DNA of 64,000 nt, from assembly GCA_050294405.1 (NCBI GenBank), contig JBNKOC010000016.1, positions 288,001-352,000 on the forward strand, written 5' to 3'. This DNA is from Fibrobacteria bacterium (GTDB taxonomy: Bacteria > Fibrobacterota > Fibrobacteria > UBA11236 > JADFYW01). This document shows positions 37,323 through 47,750 of this stretch, one piece after another. The first letter of the stretch is position 1. The number at the start of each line of letters is the position of its first letter. The translations under genes were made by a program, and so were the position numbers. A model generated the notes under the pieces. That model was not told where the DNA came from. It made no database searches and worked only from the letters and a program-made list of their open reading frames with translations.

Positions 37323-37757
37323 TCAGGAGCCAAGGTAGTGTTGCTCTTTAGATTCCATAATTTTTCTCTCAGCGGCCTTTATGTGATCGTAACCGCAAAT
37401 ATGCAAAAAACCGTGTGTGACCAGGCGTTTTAATTCCATATAATAACTGTTTCCCCAATCGGGCGCCTGTGTTTTTGCCTTTTCAATAGAAATATAGACT
37501 TCTCCGGCTATTTCTTCGTTTGGGTAAATAAAAGCCAGAACATCAGTGGGTTTGTTTTTTTTTCGGAAATTCAAATTGAGATGGTGGATATAAGGGTTGT
37601 CACAAAAAATCAAATTAAAATGGCCAGTAACTTTTTCGCCTTTTAAAATTTTTTGAGCCTGCTTTTTTAAAAATGCCATTCGGGGAATGGCAGATTTTTT
37701 TACGTCTGAAAAATGGACCGAAATCAAAGTGAACCAGTGAGGGGTTTTAGTCGGCAA
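37323..37757 (-). CDS. ybeY: rRNA maturation endoribonuclease YbeY
   Basis: PTDVLAF; HGFLHICGYDH (H3xH5xH). Confidence 0.93.
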   Translation of the reverse strand: MPTKTPHWFTLISVHFSDVKKSAIPRMAFLKKQAQKILKGEKVTGHFNLIFCDNPYIHHLNLNFRKKNKPTDVLAFIYPNEEIAGEVYISIEKAKTQAPDWGNSYYMELKRLVTHGFLHICGYDHIKAAERKIMESKEQHYLGS

Positions 37758-38034
37758 TCCATTGGTTTAGAGTTTCAATTATCATCTTGGCCTGAGCGTC
37801 GGAGGAAATATTAAATTTGCTTTTGCTGCGAAATTCGCCATTTACTTTTTGATATCTTCTTATTGAAACCTTTGGGGCTTTAAACTCCCCTGAGTTTTTG
37901 TCTAAATCCTGATATTTGAACATGATGGTGGTCCAGGCGCCTTTGGATAAAATTTTCTTATCCAGTTCTTTTACCAATTGGGTACCCTCTTCATCAGAAA
38001 AGTTCATTGTAATCTCATCTATAGTTGATGCCAT
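37747..38034 (-). CDS. Small conserved hypothetical protein, possibly a PC4-like nucleic-acid binder
   Basis: RBS aagga; SKGAWTTIMF, SIRRYQK...KFNIS; overlaps the ybeY start. Confidence 0.65.
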   Translation of the reverse strand: MASTIDEITMNFSDEEGTQLVKELDKKILSKGAWTTIMFKYQDLDKNSGEFKAPKVSIRRYQKVNGEFRSKSKFNISSDAQAKMIIETLNQWIAD

Positions 38035-38202
38035 TTTAAAAGTCCTTTATTCCATTAAAGCTGATAAATTTATTCATTTTTTGTGAAGGGTAAAGTCCCA
38101 CAGCTATAATACAGCTCAAATTCCTAATTTTCTATAAAATCCGCAAAAACTAAAGGGATATTTAAAATTTTGAGGAAAATAGCCAAAAAAAAAGGGTAAA
38201 AT

Positions 38203-38245
38203 TGTGATTCTAATCACTTTGTTTTAACCCTCACGGTGGTATAAT
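38203..38245 (+). promoter_or_regulatory. CRP/FNR-family site with extended -10 promoter (class II geometry)
   Basis: TGTGA-TTCTAA-TCACT at 38203-38218; TGGTATAAT at 38237-38245; site centre is -41.5 if TATAAT is -12..-7. Confidence 0.65.
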
Positions 38246-38297
38246 CAAAAGAAAATCTTTTCGTGACTAATTGTAATTTTAATCAGGAGCTTTGCTC

Positions 38298-41200
38298 ATG
38301 AAAGTGTCCAAACATCCTATGGCGGTTTTTTGCCTGGTCTTAATGTTGGCCCTTGAGGTCAGCTGGGCAGCCGAACGGAAATTATCCGTAAACATGGTCA
38401 CCGGCGATGTTAGTTTTAAACGAGGTAAGGCCAAGCCTAAACCCGTCCGGAAAACCACTAAACTTAAAGAAAAAGATGTTATACGGACATTGGTGGAATC
38501 CAGTGTTGAAATCTTGTTGGATGATGGCTCTGTGCTCACCATTCAGGAAAATTCGGTAGTTGATCTTTCGAAACTGGTTCGGGATGGTCAGGTAACCAAC
38601 TCCAAACTGGATATTAAAACTGGTAAAGTCCTGTTTAACATTAAAAAACTGGCTAGCAAACGCTCCGATTTCGTGTTTGAAACTCCAACAGCCACTGCGG
38701 CGATTCGTGGAACAGCGGGCGGAATCGGAACAGACGGTAAAAAGACCTTTGCCTATTTGGAAGAAGGTGGTTTGGAATTGAAGCCAAAAGGCGGAGGAAA
38801 GCCCGTTTTAATTAAAGATTTGAATGTTGCGGTTCAGACTCCAAAGGGTTTTAAGGTTCAGCAGGTGACAAATTCCCAGGCTTTAACTCAAGTGGTTAAC
38901 AATGTTACTAAAGCCATCGGCAAGGGAGATACTGCCGAGGTTAATCTGGAACAGGTATTGGACTCAGCAGTAACGGATACAGCTAAACTGGCTCCCGCTG
39001 ACAGCAGCGGCCTTGAGAAAGCACCGGAGATGGACAGCAGCAAAGTGGATACGAGTTCCGCTGTCGAGACCAAAAAGGACACTCTGGCTGCAGCAGATAA
39101 AGTACAACAGGATAGCGTTGAAACCCGGGCAGAGGGTGCTGTGGATACAACAGCTTCTAGGCAGGGCTCTGCGCAAGATACCGTGGCGACTGGGCAAAAC
39201 CAACCGCTTCCTGAAAATACAGAGGTCGATGGGCCTGACGCCGGAGGCGACCTGGCGGGTACAGATGTTAGTGGACAAGAAGGCGATAGCACAGCGCAGG
39301 GCGAAGCCAATGAGGATGTAGGTGGAGATGTTCCAAGTCTGACGTTAAATGTCACCAGTCCATCCAATGGGGAGCAAGTGGAAAGTGAAGCTCTGTTAAC
39401 GGTTTCGGGAACCAGTTTACCGGGAGCAAAAATCACAGCCCGAACTGCGGAAGCTGTTGCGGATGCTTCTGGAAACTTCAAACTCTCCCTTAATGCGCCA
39501 AAAAATCCTGGAAGCTATACATTAACCGTATCTGCCAGTTTGGGAGATCAGTCTGCTAGTCAGGAAATTTCTTTTGTAGTCCCTGAAAAAATAGTCCCTT
39601 TGACATTTGCCATTACAGGGCCATCTTCTGGACAGGAATTGCCGGAAGGCTCCGAAGTAGCCATTGCCGGAACTGTTACTCCCGGGGCAAGTGTTAGCGT
39701 TAATGGGACTCCGGCAGAAATAAGCTCGGGAAAATGGGTGGCCAATTTTAAAAATCTGGCTGTAGGTGAGCACAGTTTCCAAGTGGAAGCGGCACTTGGG
39801 GAGCAAACCCAAGCCGGAGAAGTGAGTATTAGCGTTGTCGCAAAAGTTATTCCTTTGGAATTCAGTTTGTCTCGTCCAGCGGATGGGGCTACCATCAAAA
39901 CATCTACAGTGGAAATTTCCGGAACCGGAACCCCAGGGGCAAAAGTTGTGGTTAATGATTTGACCACGGTAGTACCTGCTTCCGGTAGCTGGAACCTTTC
40001 TATGCCTTCACCCAAAGCTCCAGGCAGTTATTCTTTGTCTGCGGAGGCCACTTTGGGAGATCAGTCCTTAACCAAGGAAATCAACTTTAACATACCTGAA
40101 GAGGAACTCAAATTAACGGTAGTTGCACCCACCAGTGGGGCTCAGATAACCACAACGAGCATCATAGTAAACGGAACATCCATTCCAGGCGCTGAAATTT
40201 CGGTGCAGGGGAAAACCGCCAAAGCGGACGCTGCTGGCGCCTGGTCAACCTCCATTCAAGCCCCTCCTGAAGAAGGGGATTACACACTGGAAGTTGTGGC
40301 CGTATTCGGCAGTCAGGAAGTTTCTGTGGATGTGCCGATAATCAGAGTGATTCCAAGACAACCCATTTTGGGAAAAGTAAATGCGGTGCCTGCGACGGTG
40401 CAGGAGGCAAAACTCACCATTACAGGTACTTGTAATGATGGGGCCACCATTGAAATCGGTTCTTTTAGCACCATTGCAAGGGGAGGTGTTTGGTCCGTTA
40501 CCGCATCCTGGCCTGCAGAAGAAGAGGGCACCCGCTCTTTTGAGGTATATTGCTTATTAAACGGGGAAGAGGAAGTGATAGGTGAGGTGGAAACTGAATA
40601 TGTCAGGCCCAGAATACCATTGACCTTTACAATGAGCACTCCAACCCGTGTCTTGCAAAAGGCAGAAAAACTAGATGTTAAGGGAACTGTAGGGGGACAG
40701 GATATTGTTGTGGAAGTAAATGGAAAAGGGGTACCTGTTATCGCAGGGGGATTTATCCATTCTGTTTCCTTTAGCGAACAAAACTGGGATGACCTGACTG
40801 AAATTGAAGTAGTGGTCTCCGATGGGGAAGATGAAATTGTGAAGCTTATTGAAGTCGAGGTGGATAAAGCAAGCCCTCAAATCAATAAAAATAAGCCTAA
40901 ATTCCTCACAGAGCCCAGTATTGAAAATAATGAATACCTGCAAATTCGCCTCTCAGACGATGTGGGAGATGAAGTGACCGTTATTTACATGGTGGATGGA
41001 AGTGAAGAAGAATCCTTTAGTTTTGAAGGAAGTTTTTCCCAATCCATTCAGCTAACGCCAGGGATACACGATTACAGGGTAGAAGCCCGGGATTTAGCGG
41101 GAAATCTGTTAGTGTGGGAAAGAAGGTCGGTGGAATATTATCCCCGCGTGGAATGGGCTATAGATGTTATCAACCCCAGGGCTAATCAGGTGGTTCCATT

Positions 41201-41480
41201 GCCTCCTCACATACCCGATGAGGATTTTAGTCCCACAGATGATGTTCGCATCCGCATTCGCTCTTTACCAGACGATGACTTCCGCTATTTGAAAGAGGTA
41301 CGAATCCGCAATGAAGCCAATCAAGTGGAACAAGTTTGGCGTGATTTGGAAATTGATGATATTGAATTCGAATTCAACGATTTACCATTGGTCAAGAACA
41401 AAGTGAATGTCATAACAATTAAAGTGATGCCGAAAATTGGCCCGGAAAGGGTAATTACCAGAACTTATACCATGAAATAG
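38298..41480 (+). CDS. Exported FecR-domain protein with acidic linker and tandem Ig-like repeats
   Basis: Signal peptide; FecR motifs (DVIRT...DGS...ENS, FETPTATAAIRGT); six ~85-aa repeats with GTxxPGA-type cores; RBS aggag. Confidence 0.85.
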   Translation: MKVSKHPMAVFCLVLMLALEVSWAAERKLSVNMVTGDVSFKRGKAKPKPVRKTTKLKEKDVIRTLVESSVEILLDDGSVLTIQENSVVDLSKLVRDGQVTNSKLDIKTGKVLFNIKKLASKRSDFVFETPTATAAIRGTAGGIGTDGKKTFAYLEEGGLELKPKGGGKPVLIKDLNVAVQTPKGFKVQQVTNSQALTQVVNNVTKAIGKGDTAEVNLEQVLDSAVTDTAKLAPADSSGLEKAPEMDSSKVDTSSAVETKKDTLAAADKVQQDSVETRAEGAVDTTASRQGSAQDTVATGQNQPLPENTEVDGPDAGGDLAGTDVSGQEGDSTAQGEANEDVGGDVPSLTLNVTSPSNGEQVESEALLTVSGTSLPGAKITARTAEAVADASGNFKLSLNAPKNPGSYTLTVSASLGDQSASQEISFVVPEKIVPLTFAITGPSSGQELPEGSEVAIAGTVTPGASVSVNGTPAEISSGKWVANFKNLAVGEHSFQVEAALGEQTQAGEVSISVVAKVIPLEFSLSRPADGATIKTSTVEISGTGTPGAKVVVNDLTTVVPASGSWNLSMPSPKAPGSYSLSAEATLGDQSLTKEINFNIPEEELKLTVVAPTSGAQITTTSIIVNGTSIPGAEISVQGKTAKADAAGAWSTSIQAPPEEGDYTLEVVAVFGSQEVSVDVPIIRVIPRQPILGKVNAVPATVQEAKLTITGTCNDGATIEIGSFSTIARGGVWSVTASWPAEEEGTRSFEVYCLLNGEEEVIGEVETEYVRPRIPLTFTMSTPTRVLQKAEKLDVKGTVGGQDIVVEVNGKGVPVIAGGFIHSVSFSEQNWDDLTEIEVVVSDGEDEIVKLIEVEVDKASPQINKNKPKFLTEPSIENNEYLQIRLSDDVGDEVTVIYMVDGSEEESFSFEGSFSQSIQLTPGIHDYRVEARDLAGNLLVWERRSVEYYPRVEWAIDVINPRANQVVPLPPHIPDEDFSPTDDVRIRIRSLPDDDFRYLKEVRIRNEANQVEQVWRDLEIDDIEFEFNDLPLVKNKVNVITIKVMPKIGPERVITRTYTMK

Positions 41481-41502
41481 AAAAACTGGCTTTTTCTCCT
41501 CT

Positions 41503-41540
41503 AAACCGGGGAACACTGAGCTGTTCCCCGGTTTTTTTTT
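41503..41540 (+). terminator. Strong intrinsic terminator
   Basis: aaaccggggaaca-ctgagc-tgttccccggttt followed by a long T run. Confidence 0.9.
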
Positions 41541-41554
41541 ATTAAAAAAGGTGC

Positions 41555-41584
41555 TTGAATCTTATTGTTTTTGAGAAATATAAT
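41555..41584 (+). promoter_or_regulatory. Sigma70-type promoter
   Basis: TTGAAT-N18-TATAAT upstream of 41617. Confidence 0.5.
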
Positions 41585-41616
41585 GGAAGGGTAATACTTA
41601 AATTAAGGATTCTCAA

Positions 41617-44600
41617 TTGCTTAGGGCAGCCTTCCGATTTTTTTCGTTAATGTTTATGGTGGCATTAACATATGGACAGGATTCCGCATCCCAAAGCACG
41701 GCCAATATAAAATCGGAAAAAAAAGTTTTGGTTTTTACTTTAGATGTTGTGAATGCTAAAAAGACTATTGCTGAAAACCTCACTGAAAAAATGTTTTTGG
41801 AGATGACATCCACTCCAGGTATCCGTGTTAATTACATCCGAAATGAATCCAAAATACCTGAAAACCACACCCAGGAAAAATCTGATTTGTACAAAAGGGG
41901 AATGGAATGCTCCAAGGTGGAATGCTCCGCAGAAATAGCCAAAGCCCTTGGTTATGATTTTTCCATGATAGGCAAAATAGAAAGGCAAGGAGGGGGCTAT
42001 GCCCTGGATGTTAAGGTTGTGGAAGCCAGCACCAAAAGTCCGGCATTTGAAAAAGATCAAAAATTCAGACAGGGAAAAGTAGAAGTCATAAATGCCCTTC
42101 CCACTTGGGGAGCACGTATTTCCAGAATAATTGCGGAGCCGAATTTTGCTAAAGCGTTAGCGCCTCCGGTTGCTGAGGCCGGGGAAGCTAAAAAATCTGA
42201 GGAACCGGAAAAGGGATGGAAGAGCCCTGATTTTGATCCCTTTACAGCGCATCTCAAAGGCACTCGGATTTTTGGAACGCTTACAGATACATTAAAGATA
42301 AGCGAATCTCCTTACATAGTCACCAGCAATTTGATTATCCCGTCGGGAACGGAACTTATTATTGAAAAAGGCGTTACTGTATTTGTGGGCGGGGAGTACA
42401 CCACGATTACCGTCCAGGGGCAAATAATCGCAAAAGGTACGGAACAATACCCCATTGTTTTTAAGTCGGGAAAAAAGGATAAAGCCAACTGGGATTGGGA
42501 CCGGATTTTTTTCCGTAGCCGGGAGCGCAGCCTTTTGGAATATGTACATATTCAAAATTCCAATTATGGCGTGGTTGTGAAAGACGGGGCTGTAACCCTT
42601 TCTCATTGCGAAATTTCCAATAACTCCGTGCGGGGCCTTTATTTGGAAAATTCCAATGTGGAGATTGTAGATAGCAAAATTTTTGGCGGCCATTTGATTG
42701 GTATACAAGTGGGAGATTACGGAGAGGCTGTGGTGGAGAGAAGCAACATATATGGCAATCACAATGGTATTTCTGTATTGGATTACGGAACACTTCTGTT
42801 AAGGCAATCCAAAGTGGAATCCAATGACCGAGGACTTATTTTAATGGACAGCGTCTCCTTGACACTGGAAAGCAGCCAAATCACTAAAAACAGAATTGGA
42901 GTGGTTTCCAGCAGCCCCATGTCCTCCAGTGTGTTTGCAGGCCTTAAAGGCAACCAAACCAACCTGGAATCGGTACGTCGGGAAAAAATCGAGGCCTTGG
43001 TGGAAAAGCCCGCAGCGGTAAAGGTCAAAAGAAAAAGCAAAGTGGTTTCTAGCCAGGAATCGAAGGAACCTCCCAAAGAATTTAAGGGGGGAGTGCAATC
43101 TTTATCCAAAGATGGGGGGGCTTACGCAGGACTAATTGGTAACGTCACCATTGGAGAGGGCTACCACTATCCCACTACTCCTAAAAACACAACTCTGGAT
43201 ATGATAACCACATCCACAGACAGCGTGATGCCAGGAGAACAATTGCCACAAAACCGGATAATACCAGGTTTTTATCACACTGCAAGTATATACACAACGC
43301 TGGATATGGCGGGCTATTCCATTGATGGAAATGCTGAATTTAAATACGACGATTGGGGCACAGCTCAGCTGGATGTGCTTTCGCTAAAAACAAAAATAGG
43401 TCCCAATAATTTTGGGGTGGGGGATTTCAGCGAGAGCGGTTCTGAAATTTCTATTTCGGGATTGCAGGTAAGAGGCGTTAAATACGGATTGGGCTTGCTT
43501 AAAGACAGAAATGATAATGCCCGTCTTAAAATAAGCGCTACCTTTGGAGAATCTGAAAGGCCCTACGATGAAGGTGAACGTGTTTTGGGCAGTTACAACG
43601 AACGCAAATCTGCTGGAAGCGCCGTGGCGCAAAAGCTGGTTGGGATTGCAAAAATAGAGGCCAGTCCCACAAAAAACTGGGACTTAAATTTCAAATACAT
43701 ATATAGCAATGATAAGCGGGACGGGATATTGAGAAACTCCCTTTCTTCCACAGCAGTTACCACGGACGCTCCCTTGTTGTCGAATTTGATGGGCATGGAA
43801 ACCCAGTATCGATTGATGGATGAGGCCATTACCCTTTTTGGAGAAATCAATGTGGGAACAGTGGACTCTACTTCTTTGGCATATAATAAAGCTTTGGAGC
43901 GGGTGCTTTCTTCTGAACTCTACGGTTATGAATTGTCTGAAACTGAAATAAGCGGTTTTCTTCCATTGCTCCAACCCACTACGCGAGAAACATTCAGAGA
44001 TTCTAATTTTAATTTAATTCCTACTGCCCTTTTGGATTCTGCGGAATTGGTGAATGAGGATGGACTCACTCCCTCCCAGGTAAACCAGCGCAGGGTGGAG
44101 TTAATTGAGGCTATTATGGCCGATGCTGAAATTGAAGAACCGGAAATTCAGGATGAATTAAACGAATCCAAAAACTTGGGGTTTCGCTGGGACAACCAAG
44201 GCATGGCCGCCCGCGTTGGCACCGATTTAAACATCAAAGGAAATGCTTTTAATTTTAGCTATGTATTTGTGGGTAATGAATATTATACAGGCGGCAACCG
44301 CTATCTCACCAAAGATATGCGAAAATACGAAATGACGTATGGCCGTGATTTAAACTCCAAACTCAATTTAAACCTGGACTATTTTTTAAGCGTGGAGAAC
44401 AGTTCTTCCGATGGGCGTTACCTTAACCTTTTGGGTTTTGGCGAGGGCAGTGAATTCGGATTGCTTGCCGATGATAGCTGGCAGAAAAAACAGGAAAATA
44501 AAGATGCAATTCGCCCTAAATTTACGCACAAGCTCAATTACAAAAACCGTTATAACATGACTTCCACCACTGAATTCGAATTTAAGGCTGGCCTTCAATA

Positions 44601-45537
44601 CAAATCAGAAATCAGAGGAAAAGAACTTTCCAATGACACCAATGTTGTGTATGGGGATCCTTATTTTGACGCCGAGAGCAATGTGGGAAGAGAGTTTAGC
44701 TACAACAATTCCCCCCGCTTTATAGATGGCGATTTAGCGGATGAATACAGTTCTTCCATACTGGATGAGGAGGGGGAAGAAATACCCTTGGCCCGTGTTT
44801 TAGATGACAAGGAATTGAGCTATAACCTGGGATTAAAATCAAAATACCGTTTTTCCAAATTGGGCAACTTTTCTCTGCAAGGCGACTGGAAATGGAAAAA
44901 CGATATGTCCGAATATTTGAAAACCGGCGTGTTGGATAATTACCCTCTGCAAGACTCCACCTTAGTTAACTTGGGCTTTTATCCAAACGGAGAAGATGAA
45001 TTTTCGCAGGATTATAAATTCGCCTTAAGCTTAAAAATGGGGAATGTTACGAACAAGTTTGATGTTAAGTATAGCTTGAAAAATAAAATTAAAAGAGAAG
45101 AAGACCAAAGCAGTTGGAACCTTAAAGAAAAAGTCGTTTGGAAAGCGATTCCCCGCAAATTGACTATAACCTTGGAAGGAAATGTGAAACAAAAAGTTAC
45201 CGATGAAGACGAAGAACGAAAGTTTGTGTTAAGCCAGGGCACAAAATACTACCGTTACTCCAACGATGACGGAGCTTTGGTTGGAAAAAATGCTAAAAAT
45301 TCCACTTCTATTACCTTGAGCACTCCGGATTCTTTATTTGATGTGGTGCAAGAGGAAACTTTCAGAGGTAAAACCCGGGAAAATGACTACAGTATGGAAA
45401 TGCGTTTGCGCTACAGTTTTAACTCCAAATTGTATACAGAGACTATGGCGCGCAAGGAATGGAGTCTTCGACCGGATCAACTGGATCAGGAATTTGAAGA
45501 CCTTTGGGCCGAAGTGAAAGTCTTTTACAGTTTTTAA
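41617..45537 (+). CDS. Large exported protein: CsgG/TolB-N-like domain, right-handed beta-helix, probable outer-membrane beta-barrel
   Basis: Signal peptide; CxxxxC..EIAKALGYDFSMIGKI; SPYIVT...W plus beta-helix repeats; amphipathic strands ending VKVFYSF. Confidence 0.65.
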   Translation: MLRAAFRFFSLMFMVALTYGQDSASQSTANIKSEKKVLVFTLDVVNAKKTIAENLTEKMFLEMTSTPGIRVNYIRNESKIPENHTQEKSDLYKRGMECSKVECSAEIAKALGYDFSMIGKIERQGGGYALDVKVVEASTKSPAFEKDQKFRQGKVEVINALPTWGARISRIIAEPNFAKALAPPVAEAGEAKKSEEPEKGWKSPDFDPFTAHLKGTRIFGTLTDTLKISESPYIVTSNLIIPSGTELIIEKGVTVFVGGEYTTITVQGQIIAKGTEQYPIVFKSGKKDKANWDWDRIFFRSRERSLLEYVHIQNSNYGVVVKDGAVTLSHCEISNNSVRGLYLENSNVEIVDSKIFGGHLIGIQVGDYGEAVVERSNIYGNHNGISVLDYGTLLLRQSKVESNDRGLILMDSVSLTLESSQITKNRIGVVSSSPMSSSVFAGLKGNQTNLESVRREKIEALVEKPAAVKVKRKSKVVSSQESKEPPKEFKGGVQSLSKDGGAYAGLIGNVTIGEGYHYPTTPKNTTLDMITTSTDSVMPGEQLPQNRIIPGFYHTASIYTTLDMAGYSIDGNAEFKYDDWGTAQLDVLSLKTKIGPNNFGVGDFSESGSEISISGLQVRGVKYGLGLLKDRNDNARLKISATFGESERPYDEGERVLGSYNERKSAGSAVAQKLVGIAKIEASPTKNWDLNFKYIYSNDKRDGILRNSLSSTAVTTDAPLLSNLMGMETQYRLMDEAITLFGEINVGTVDSTSLAYNKALERVLSSELYGYELSETEISGFLPLLQPTTRETFRDSNFNLIPTALLDSAELVNEDGLTPSQVNQRRVELIEAIMADAEIEEPEIQDELNESKNLGFRWDNQGMAARVGTDLNIKGNAFNFSYVFVGNEYYTGGNRYLTKDMRKYEMTYGRDLNSKLNLNLDYFLSVENSSSDGRYLNLLGFGEGSEFGLLADDSWQKKQENKDAIRPKFTHKLNYKNRYNMTSTTEFEFKAGLQYKSEIRGKELSNDTNVVYGDPYFDAESNVGREFSYNNSPRFIDGDLADEYSSSILDEEGEEIPLARVLDDKELSYNLGLKSKYRFSKLGNFSLQGDWKWKNDMSEYLKTGVLDNYPLQDSTLVNLGFYPNGEDEFSQDYKFALSLKMGNVTNKFDVKYSLKNKIKREEDQSSWNLKEKVVWKAIPRKLTITLEGNVKQKVTDEDEERKFVLSQGTKYYRYSNDDGALVGKNAKNSTSITLSTPDSLFDVVQEETFRGKTRENDYSMEMRLRYSFNSKLYTETMARKEWSLRPDQLDQEFEDLWAEVKVFYSF

Positions 45538-45627
45538 TTTTACTGCCTTTCCCGCAAAAAGCCTTAAAATAAGCCTCTTCGGTTTCCTGGCCTTCGTTTT
45601 TGCCTGTACTTTATTATTTTGCATAAA

Positions 45628-46737
45628 ATGTCAGAAAGCAATCAGTCTATCCTCAGGGATTTAGAAGAAAAAATCCAAAAAGCCATTCGCATCGACTCCA
45701 AAGAAGCCCTTTGGATGTACCAAAATGCGCCAAGTTCCTGGTTACAAACCCAGGCAGATTTTCTAAAGCAACAGCGATTTGGAAAAGAGGTGTATTACAA
45801 CCGAAATATTCATTTTGAGCCCACTAACAAATGCATTTATTCCTGTAAGTTTTGCGCTTTTTATCGCCCTCCTTTGGCCAGTGAGTCCGATGGTGCCTGG
45901 GAATTCAGCTTTGAAGATCTTAAATCCATGTTGGCAAAATATCCTATTGGGGCCTTAACAGAAGTTCATATTACTGGCGGGGTTCACAAGGATAGGGGCG
46001 TGGAATACGGCGAGGAATTGCTCAGCTTTATTAAAACTTTAAGGCCGGAACTTCACATTAAGGCATTCACTGCTGTAGAGTTAGCTTTTTTTGCCCGCAA
46101 AAGTGGCATTACATTGGAAGAAACCTTAAAACGCCTGATGGACAAAGGCCTTGCCTCTTTACCTGGCGGTGGGGCTGAAATTTTTAATCCTGAAGTACGC
46201 AAAAAAATTGCAGGGGGAAAGGCTCCGGCTCACCAATGGCTGGAAATTCATGAATTGGCGCACAACATCGGACTTAAGTCCAACGCTACCATGTTATATG
46301 GACATGTGGAGGCTTTTGAGCATAGGGTAGACCACTTAAACCAACTAAGAGAATTGCAGGACAAAACCGGGGGTTTTATGTCCTTTATTCCCCTGCGCTA
46401 TCGAAACGAGAATAATGCCTTAAGCGAATTGCCGGAAGTTTCCGAAGATGAAGACTTCAGGAATTTTGCTATTTCCCGAATTTTTTTGGATAACATTCCT
46501 CACATAAAAGCCTATTGGGTGATGTTAGGTATGGAAACTGCGCTTAAAGCCCTTGATTATGGGGTAGATGACTTGGATGGCACCATTGATGACTCCACTA
46601 AAATTTATTCCATGGCTGGAGGCGATGCCAACCCAAAAATTTCGTCGCAAAATTTGCGGGACTTAATTGAGTCTCAAGGTAAAATACCCTTGGAAAGAAA
46701 CTCTCTATACGAAATTTTAGAGGGAAAATTATTTTAA
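45628..46737 (+). CDS. mqnE: Aminofutalosine synthase MqnE (radical SAM, CofH/MqnC family)
   Basis: CIYSCKFC; HIKAFTAVE; PGGGAEIF; NATMLYGH; HIKAYWVMLG; DGT...IYSMAG. Confidence 0.85.
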   Translation: MSESNQSILRDLEEKIQKAIRIDSKEALWMYQNAPSSWLQTQADFLKQQRFGKEVYYNRNIHFEPTNKCIYSCKFCAFYRPPLASESDGAWEFSFEDLKSMLAKYPIGALTEVHITGGVHKDRGVEYGEELLSFIKTLRPELHIKAFTAVELAFFARKSGITLEETLKRLMDKGLASLPGGGAEIFNPEVRKKIAGGKAPAHQWLEIHELAHNIGLKSNATMLYGHVEAFEHRVDHLNQLRELQDKTGGFMSFIPLRYRNENNALSELPEVSEDEDFRNFAISRIFLDNIPHIKAYWVMLGMETALKALDYGVDDLDGTIDDSTKIYSMAGGDANPKISSQNLRDLIESQGKIPLERNSLYEILEGKLF

Positions 46738-47750
46738 TTATCGTTTTCCGAGAGCTTTTTTTCGGCTTTTAGCTCATAGCCCGGCATATGGAAATTGGCC
46801 AGGCATTTGGTATGGGGGATTTTATTGTAAGGGGGTATGTCGGAAACCCACAAGTTTTCCGGCTTTATTTTTGATATGTTGCCGCAACTTGCTTTGTGAA
46901 ACATTTTTGAATTTATGCTCCAGCTGTATTTAAAGCTATAAAAATTGGCTTCCTCAGCAAAAATATCATTTAGCACTTTAGCCAGTCGGAGAGCGGCCTT
47001 TTTTACCTGCCCCTTTATTTGAATTAAACTCTTAGTCCCGTAGCTAGGAGGCATAAAAATGGTATCTCCAGCATCAATGGTAATCATCTCCACAACATAA
47101 CATTGTCGGGCTAGTTTTTGGCTTTCTAAAATCCAATCTTCAATATTTCCCTTGGTGAACTGGTCCAGCTCCTCTTCGTATTCCAGCTGTTTCATAATTT
47201 CATGCTGAAGTATTTTTCCGTTGGCAAAATGGTGGTCAATGAGTTCGCTGTCCCACATGGCATGTAAGTTGGTAAACTTGCCATCGTAAAAAATAGTGGT
47301 CTTATTGCCTCCCATATCATTTTGGTCACCAACATGTAGAGGTTGATGGAGGTCGGCCATAAGGTGTACAATCCATTTCAGACTCTCGGCTTTTTGTTTT
47401 GGGGTGGCATTCACATTGCCAAGTAGTTTTATCTCATTTTGCAGAACAGAAATAATATTTACGGAGGTCCAATACTTTTCGAAGGAAACGGCGCTGTCTT
47501 CAATATTGATGTTCACATAATGCCAGGATTTGGATAAGGGGTTTTTCCCTTTTATGTCATCAGCCCAATTGGAAACTTCGGCTAAAGTGGTTTTTCGACC
47601 AATCAGGTTTTTTAAATGGTTTTTTGTTCCTGGGTAGAGATGGGCCTCTGCAATATTGGAAATCACCTCATGGCCAACTTTTCCAAATCCCTGAACATTT
47701 ATGTTCAGACCAATGAATAATAGAATGCTTAAAAATATGCCAGAAGGCAT
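46734..47750 (-). CDS. S1/P1 nuclease with C-terminal Cys/His extension
   Basis: Signal peptide; GH, WADD, WHYVN, HLMADLHQPLH, GGN, NLHAMWD. Confidence 0.92.
   Translation of the reverse strand: MPSGIFLSILLFIGLNINVQGFGKVGHEVISNIAEAHLYPGTKNHLKNLIGRKTTLAEVSNWADDIKGKNPLSKSWHYVNINIEDSAVSFEKYWTSVNIISVLQNEIKLLGNVNATPKQKAESLKWIVHLMADLHQPLHVGDQNDMGGNKTTIFYDGKFTNLHAMWDSELIDHHFANGKILQHEIMKQLEYEEELDQFTKGNIEDWILESQKLARQCYVVEMITIDAGDTIFMPPSYGTKSLIQIKGQVKKAALRLAKVLNDIFAEEANFYSFKYSWSINSKMFHKASCGNISKIKPENLWVSDIPPYNKIPHTKCLANFHMPGYELKAEKKLSENDN

Noticed and set aside
38888..40639. Long antisense ORFs (197, 151 and 108 aa) inside the FecR-Ig gene
   Set aside because: Shadow frames of a GC-richer repetitive gene, with no RBS or recognisable motifs; the same applies to the other short overlapping ORFs in the track
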